Virus record (IMG/VR): IMGVR_UViG_3300027896_000967
Coordinates: 1 to 10,258 of that record
Length of the DNA: 10,258 nt
Direction: 5' to 3' (one strand)
The notes under the pieces: model-generated
The model's input: only the letters and a program-made list of their open reading frames with translations
The model's database searches: none
What the model was told of the DNA's origin: nothing
Program-made: the position numbers and the translations under genes
Part shown: positions 5,487 through 10,258 of the stretch, one piece after another
Layout: every line of letters begins with the position of its first letter
Numbering within the stretch: position 1 is the first letter of the stretch

Positions 5487-8186
5487 TTGATTCGTAAAAT
5501 ATTTTCTATAAGCATTATAATTATTTTTATCTTTTCCTCATTAGTAAGTTTAACATCTAATGATAAAGAAAAATCTTCAATTATTAACGAAAAAAATATC
5601 TCTAAAATAATGGATTTAACCTATCCTAATAATGATAAATCCGTATTATGGATGAGGCATAATGGATCGGATGCAGGATTTCCATATAGAGGGGCAAATG
5701 TTCCTGCATCATTAGGAATGAATTTTTTCGGAACCAATATACTTCAAGTTGGATGGGATTTTAATTTAACCGAATTAGAAACTACTACTTTAATTCCACC
5801 TGATGCACAACTTTACATACAAATTTCTTATTTATTCGCAAATATTAATTATGTTACAGCAGTAGCTAATCTGGCTTTAACGGATCATAGAATAATAGGT
5901 TGTTGGATAGATGATTTTCCTGTCGGCCAGGTAGCCGCTTGGGAGATAGCCGATATATATTCGGCGGTACATTCTAAAGATAATGTTGGATATTCGCACA
6001 CTTTAAAATTAGCTATCGTAATATATCAATATAATTATTTTATACAATCTCCCGTTCCGTGGACAGATTACATAAATTATTTTGATATAATACAATTTTG
6101 GTTTTATCCACGATCATATCCACTTCTATATTCTGAATTTTATGGATATTATGACGATTTTCAATTAATGAGAGCCTCAATACCAGGTAAAGAATATTGG
6201 ATAGGTATATATCTTCACTACTATAATGTTGGAGAATATCCATATACATTTACAAATGACCAAATGAATATAGCGTTGAAACTACTTAGAGGTGGATCAA
6301 TTTCAAAAATAACAATATTAGAAAATTTCTGGATTCAATGGAACATTCCAACCGCACAGATTATTAAAAAATACTTAGATGAATATAATTATAATTATGT
6401 TACAAAAATGTATAGTGAAACTAACATACAATCTTTTATAAATGGAAATAATGGAACATTAACAACCACATTGATTAATAATGTAAGTAAGATAATTCCA
6501 TTCAGCGATGGAGTTTATAATTTTACCGGATATAATGTTACATTTTATTCTAAAAGATTACAGGATTTATGGGTATTTGGTTATGGAACAATAGTTATAA
6601 ATGATCGTCTTACTCTTGTAGATATGAGAACCGGAGAATATGATTTCGGTATTCAAGACGACTATTATTTTTGTTATAAATATCATTTAGAGGAAGGAAA
6701 AACATACAAATTAGTAAATATCATACATTCGGTTTATTATATTTACGGAACGGTTGATCTAACTGATACAGGATTTAGTAATGGGGAACATACTATAAAT
6801 GGTATGCACTTTATGTATAATACATCTACCCATATAATGAAAATTTTTCCTGGTATTTATATTATATCAGGAAAAATTTACATAAATGCTACTGTTGATA
6901 TGTTGTTTTCCGAATTTATTTTCACGGTTGATAATTATATTGACCACACATATCTACATACAAAACCTGCTTATGGATTCATATTTGAGAGTAATAATAT
7001 CAATCTCAGATTTTATATGCAAAATTGTATCGTTTCTGGTCAATCTAAAACATATCCTTATTTATTTTATAGGTATAGAGAATCGTGGAACGGGAAATTT
7101 AATGGAACCGGAGATTTTCCTTATGAACAATGGGTATTCATTGAAAATTCAATAATTGCTGGATACTGGGATAATTATAAACCATCCGGAATACTTTATT
7201 TTGAAAATACTACTTTTTATGGTGTTCAACCTAGCGGTACGAATGTTCATTCTGGATTATGGATAGAATCTCCAAGCAATTATATTGGTATGTTAGAAAT
7301 GTATAATGTAACGGTATGGAATTACGAAATACCTGGAGTATGTGGAGTTTTCATAATGCCAGCGGGATTATGGAATGACAAGCCTCTTTTTGTAATGACG
7401 GGTATGACATTGATCGAATTTAAAGGCCATTTAACTCCAACCGATGTTGTTTTTTATGGCCTAGGTGGTGTCTTAGGTTTCTTTTCACATCACATTAAAG
7501 TTTTAAATGCTACAGGATATTATGTTTCACAAAACAAATTTTTAGTAAGCAATTTAACTATAGTCGGTGGAAATTGGGGACTATGGACAGATACAACTTA
7601 TTCTTTATCTGGAACAAAAATAGATAATCTTACCTGTATTGGAGAGGATTTGCAAACTACACAATATTTTAATGGAACATATATTCCTTATGGAAATCAT
7701 ATCTTTATAACATTTAGATTAGATGGAACACAAACAATTATTTTCGTAGCAAAAATGAAAACATTGATCGCTAGTTGGAGTATTTATGCTCCATATTATG
7801 TAAGACAATATTTTGAAGTGCAATTTAAAGGAATTTCAAATGGAATATATGCGCTAACAATAGACGGGGTGATATACTATAATAGTGTTGAAAAAAATAC
7901 GCTTACAATACTTTATGTAGGATCGTGGTCGCCAACTAGAAATAATTTCACTTTACAATTTTACGGTACTACTAGCTCATCTCAAACCGGAATATCTAAT
8001 TTAATTTGGCTAATTATAATGTTTTCTCCCGCTATGTTATTAACCCAGGCAATACCAAAAATAGGATTCATATTCGGAATTTCAATAATGATATTAATAA
8101 TAGGAATATCCGATCTAACATTCTTTCCATATATGTTTGTAAGTTTTTTCGTAATAGCAGTTTTAACATATAAGGAGTTGGGATAA
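5487..8186 (+). CDS. Large membrane-anchored virion glycoprotein / adhesin (fusellovirus VP4-like architecture), about 899 aa
   Basis: Signal-peptide-like (M)IRKIFSISIIIIFIFSSLVSL from TTG 5487 (ATG 5427 is an alternative). At least 15 N-x-S/T sequons, beta-helix-like repeats (NCIVSG, NSIIAG, NTTFYG, NVTVWN, NLTIVG, NLTCIG) and three C-terminal hydrophobic segments. Confidence 0.8.
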   Translation: MIRKIFSISIIIIFIFSSLVSLTSNDKEKSSIINEKNISKIMDLTYPNNDKSVLWMRHNGSDAGFPYRGANVPASLGMNFFGTNILQVGWDFNLTELETTTLIPPDAQLYIQISYLFANINYVTAVANLALTDHRIIGCWIDDFPVGQVAAWEIADIYSAVHSKDNVGYSHTLKLAIVIYQYNYFIQSPVPWTDYINYFDIIQFWFYPRSYPLLYSEFYGYYDDFQLMRASIPGKEYWIGIYLHYYNVGEYPYTFTNDQMNIALKLLRGGSISKITILENFWIQWNIPTAQIIKKYLDEYNYNYVTKMYSETNIQSFINGNNGTLTTTLINNVSKIIPFSDGVYNFTGYNVTFYSKRLQDLWVFGYGTIVINDRLTLVDMRTGEYDFGIQDDYYFCYKYHLEEGKTYKLVNIIHSVYYIYGTVDLTDTGFSNGEHTINGMHFMYNTSTHIMKIFPGIYIISGKIYINATVDMLFSEFIFTVDNYIDHTYLHTKPAYGFIFESNNINLRFYMQNCIVSGQSKTYPYLFYRYRESWNGKFNGTGDFPYEQWVFIENSIIAGYWDNYKPSGILYFENTTFYGVQPSGTNVHSGLWIESPSNYIGMLEMYNVTVWNYEIPGVCGVFIMPAGLWNDKPLFVMTGMTLIEFKGHLTPTDVVFYGLGGVLGFFSHHIKVLNATGYYVSQNKFLVSNLTIVGGNWGLWTDTTYSLSGTKIDNLTCIGEDLQTTQYFNGTYIPYGNHIFITFRLDGTQTIIFVAKMKTLIASWSIYAPYYVRQYFEVQFKGISNGIYALTIDGVIYYNSVEKNTLTILYVGSWSPTRNNFTLQFYGTTSSSQTGISNLIWLIIMFSPAMLLTQAIPKIGFIFGISIMILIIGISDLTFFPYMFVSFFVIAVLTYKELG

Positions 8187-8194
8187 TCGCAGTA

Positions 8195-8413
8195 ATGGAT
8201 TATATAGTTATTATAGGAGCAATAATAGCTTTCAGCTCTTTTTGTTCAATAACTAGAAAAGGTTTTTCAACGAATGTTTTTATGGCATCATTTGCAATAT
8301 CCATTATGATATTGATATGGAAAAATATGTTGCCAGTATTTTCAGTAATATTTGTAATAATCATAACAATAGGATTGTTATTCTCAGCAAAAAAAGGTGA
8401 AGATATTGAATAA
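8195..8413 (+). CDS. Small 3-TM membrane protein (72 aa)
   Basis: Almost wholly hydrophobic with a charged tail; directly follows the adhesin and resembles its C-terminal anchor. Confidence 0.8.
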   Translation: MDYIVIIGAIIAFSSFCSITRKGFSTNVFMASFAISIMILIWKNMLPVFSVIFVIIITIGLLFSAKKGEDIE

Positions 8414-8870
8414 AATGTTGGTATTCCCAATAGCAATTATGTTTCTAATGACAATGTTTATTTTCTTAGAAACTTCTATTCAACCTTCCTCCGAATCTGG
8501 AGATTATTCTAGCCCAGGAAAATTATATGTTAATGGTTCTGATGCAAAAAATGGATCGTATAATAATCCTCAAGCAACATCTAAAACACTTAATATTTGG
8601 AGTATTAATGGAGTTTTAATAATTTTAGGAATAGCATTAGCGGCGGGTATGGTTGCAGGAATAACAGTTTTAGGATCGGGAGTTTCCGGGTTCGCAGAAT
8701 CATTAATATTTAGTAGTATTTTATATCTAGGATTGTGGGGATGTTTGACAATAATATCATCCTCATTTTTCTTTAATAATGGCCCATTAGTTATGATTAT
8801 ATGGGTAGGTTTAACAATGTTGTATGTTGTTGGATTCGCAACTCAAATAAATTCGTCAGAGGGTACTTAA
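8406..8870 (+). CDS. Multi-pass membrane glycoprotein (154 aa; probable start TTG 8406), putative tail/virion component
   Basis: SD GGTGA 5 nt before TTG. N-terminal TM, polar loop with two NGS sequons, then three Gly-rich TM segments. Confidence 0.8.
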   Translation: MNKMLVFPIAIMFLMTMFIFLETSIQPSSESGDYSSPGKLYVNGSDAKNGSYNNPQATSKTLNIWSINGVLIILGIALAAGMVAGITVLGSGVSGFAESLIFSSILYLGLWGCLTIISSSFFFNNGPLVMIIWVGLTMLYVVGFATQINSSEGT

Positions 8871-9107
8871 GTGATAACCGATTCATTGTTAATTTATTTT
8901 CTAGGACAGATCGTATTGCTAATAATTAATATTATTGCATATACGAAAATACCATATATTTCTATAATAGGAATAATGGGAGATTTAGCATTAGCGGCGG
9001 ATACAATCATAGCATTTGGAAATTACTATCTTATTGCAGTAATTCTAATACTTACAAATACAATAATTCCATTTTTATCAATAGCTAAAGCAGTAAGAGG
9101 TAGGTAA
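8871..9107 (+). CDS. Small multi-TM membrane protein (78 aa)
   Basis: GTG abutting the upstream stop, SD GAGGGT, hydrophobic throughout with basic tail KAVRGR. Confidence 0.8.
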   Translation: MITDSLLIYFLGQIVLLIINIIAYTKIPYISIIGIMGDLALAADTIIAFGNYYLIAVILILTNTIIPFLSIAKAVRGR

Positions 9108-9310
9108 TGACATTTGAAGATCAAATGTTCACAATATTAATGTTTGGAGGAACATATTTTTTTGTAACTACATTTCTATCAACTATGAAAGATGAATATA
9201 AACATTATAAAATATGGTCTAATGAACATCCAAATTTTATAATAAAGGAATTGAACAAACAAAAAATTGAACGGATGAAATTATATGAGCATTTTCAAAA
9301 ATCTAGTTGA
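9107..9310 (+). CDS. Hypothetical protein with N-terminal hydrophobic segment (67 aa)
   Basis: TAATG overlap, SD GAGGT, segment MFTILMFGGTYFFVTTFL. Confidence 0.72.
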   Translation: MTFEDQMFTILMFGGTYFFVTTFLSTMKDEYKHYKIWSNEHPNFIIKELNKQKIERMKLYEHFQKSS

Positions 9311-9455
9311 ATCAGTTAATAATTGGATCGACAATTATAAAATGATAAGAGATAATAAAACTGATTTACTAATGAAAAAATTAGGTTATCCAGATTACAG
9401 AAAACATATTTTAGAGGAGGAATTTAAACGATTACAATTAAAATCACAAAAATAA
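9285..9455 (+). CDS. Hypothetical basic helical protein, 56 aa (not in ORF track)
   Basis: Manual translation MSIFKNLVESVNNWIDNYKMIRDNKTDLLMKKLGYPDYRKHILEEEFKRLQLKSQK. GGATGA upstream; overlaps both neighbours and fills the gap. Confidence 0.7.
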   Translation: MSIFKNLVESVNNWIDNYKMIRDNKTDLLMKKLGYPDYRKHILEEEFKRLQLKSQK

Positions 9456-10258
9456 TTTCGTTTTCATTAGTAGCTTTTTTTCTTATTACTACATTTTCTG
9501 GAATCATCAAACCAGTTTCCGCAACACCACCAACAATAACTGCTTATAAAATAAGTCCGACTAATGCTTTATCTGGAACAGAAATTTTGTGTTGGCTTAC
9601 TTATACCGATGCAGACAACGATCCTCCAAATTATGTTAGATGTGAACGGTCTACAACACCAGGAACATCGGGATTACAACCGCCAGTAAATAATATGATT
9701 GCTAACGATAGTGGAGATGTAACTTATACCGATGGAAAACAATATTATTTCAATTGGTTTTATTTTCCATTTGTAGGAACCGGATTCATATTATTTATGG
9801 TTCAATCTGGAGCTGATGCTCAAGTAACTAAATTTGTTGTTTGTTTTCAACAAGTAGAAATAATATTATCTCATTTAGGAGTTACTCCTGCGAATAATAA
9901 TGCAGGAAATCATACATTTTTTGCTAATTATACTGATACATTTAATAACCCTCCGAATTATTTATATGTATATATAAATGGAATATCTTATTCAATGAGC
10001 AAGAATAATTCTAGCGATACTCATTTCGTAATCGGAGTAGACTATTTTTACACTTCATATCTTTTAGAAGGTAATAATACATTTGCATTTAAAGCTCAAA
10101 TGTATTATACAGTTGTGGGAAATCCAATATATTCTGGAACATTCTGGATCAAAATTCATAATGATACCGCAAATAATAATGTATTTCTAGTTTTAATTGT
10201 CGCTTCTTTACTTAGTATATTTATTATACTAATAGTTGCGACACGAAAAAAGGAGTAG
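9428..10258 (+). CDS. Type I membrane glycoprotein with two tandem Ig-like repeats; probable non-canonical start (ACG 9428 or ATT 9431)
   Basis: The frame is open from 9428, after TAA 9425-9427, and encodes the signal peptide TITIKITKIISFSLVAFFLITTFSGIIKPVSA. SD GAGGAGG at 9414-9420; repeats TYTDADNDPPNYV / NYTDTFNNPPNYL; C-terminal TM followed by RKKE. Confidence 0.8.
   Translation, partial: TITIKITKIISFSLVAFFLITTFSGIIKPVSATPPTITAYKISPTNALSGTEILCWLTYTDADNDPPNYVRCERSTTPGTSGLQPPVNNMIANDSGDVTYTDGKQYYFNWFYFPFVGTGFILFMVQSGADAQVTKFVVCFQQVEIILSHLGVTPANNNAGNHTFFANYTDTFNNPPNYLYVYINGISYSMSKNNSSDTHFVIGVDYFYTSYLLEGNNTFAFKAQMYYTVVGNPIYSGTFWIKIHNDTANNNVFLVLIVASLLSIFIILIVATRKKE

Larger units (their letters stand above)
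1..10258. mobile_element. Archaeal spindle-shaped virus genome (large fragment) with protein-primed replication
   Basis: Co-occurrence of pPolB, a spindle-virus-type MCP, a Zot/pI-like ATPase, an RHH protein, Zn fingers and a large glycosylated adhesin with a C-terminal multi-TM anchor. Archaeal TATA boxes and (G/A)GTGA Shine-Dalgarno motifs, tightly overlapping genes, no cellular housekeeping genes. Confidence 0.88.

Noticed and set aside
6040-8436. ORFs 6040-6249 (-), 6886-7155 (+) and 8200-8436 (-)
   Set aside because: Nested in or antisense to well-supported genes, with no independent expression signals.
9107-9455. Paralogy between the 67-aa and 56-aa proteins (YK...P.F/Y...I.E..K)
   Set aside because: Too few identities and large gaps are needed; not distinguishable from chance.
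1-10258. Inverted terminal repeats, att sites or integrase
   Set aside because: The ends are not complementary and coincide with stop codons, so the true termini lie outside the window. No recombinase motifs were seen.

Overview
This AT-rich window (about 25-30% GC in the lines I sampled) looks like most of the genome of an archaeal spindle/lemon-shaped virus. Genes run divergently from a central TATA-box control region at about 5340-5480. The minus arm encodes a His1/fusellovirus-like two-helix major capsid protein with its own promoter and terminator. It continues with an operon of small proteins (including a 37-aa membrane peptide and a ribbon-helix-helix regulator missed by the ORF track), a Zot/pI-like P-loop ATPase, a basic candidate terminal protein, an intact protein-primed family B DNA polymerase and a Zn-finger protein. 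The plus arm encodes a ~900-aa glycosylated adhesin/tail-like protein with a C-terminal 3-TM anchor, several small membrane proteins, and a type I membrane glycoprotein with two tandem Ig-like repeats that has no canonical start codon ahead of its signal peptide. The gene set resembles His1 (Halspiviridae), Thaspiviridae and Asgard-associated spindle viruses (wyrdvirus/Huginn-like). An Asgard (Lokiarchaeia-like) host is an inference only. The window starts and ends exactly at stop codons, and no terminal inverted repeats are visible. All family assignments come from motif recognition by eye, with no database searches.
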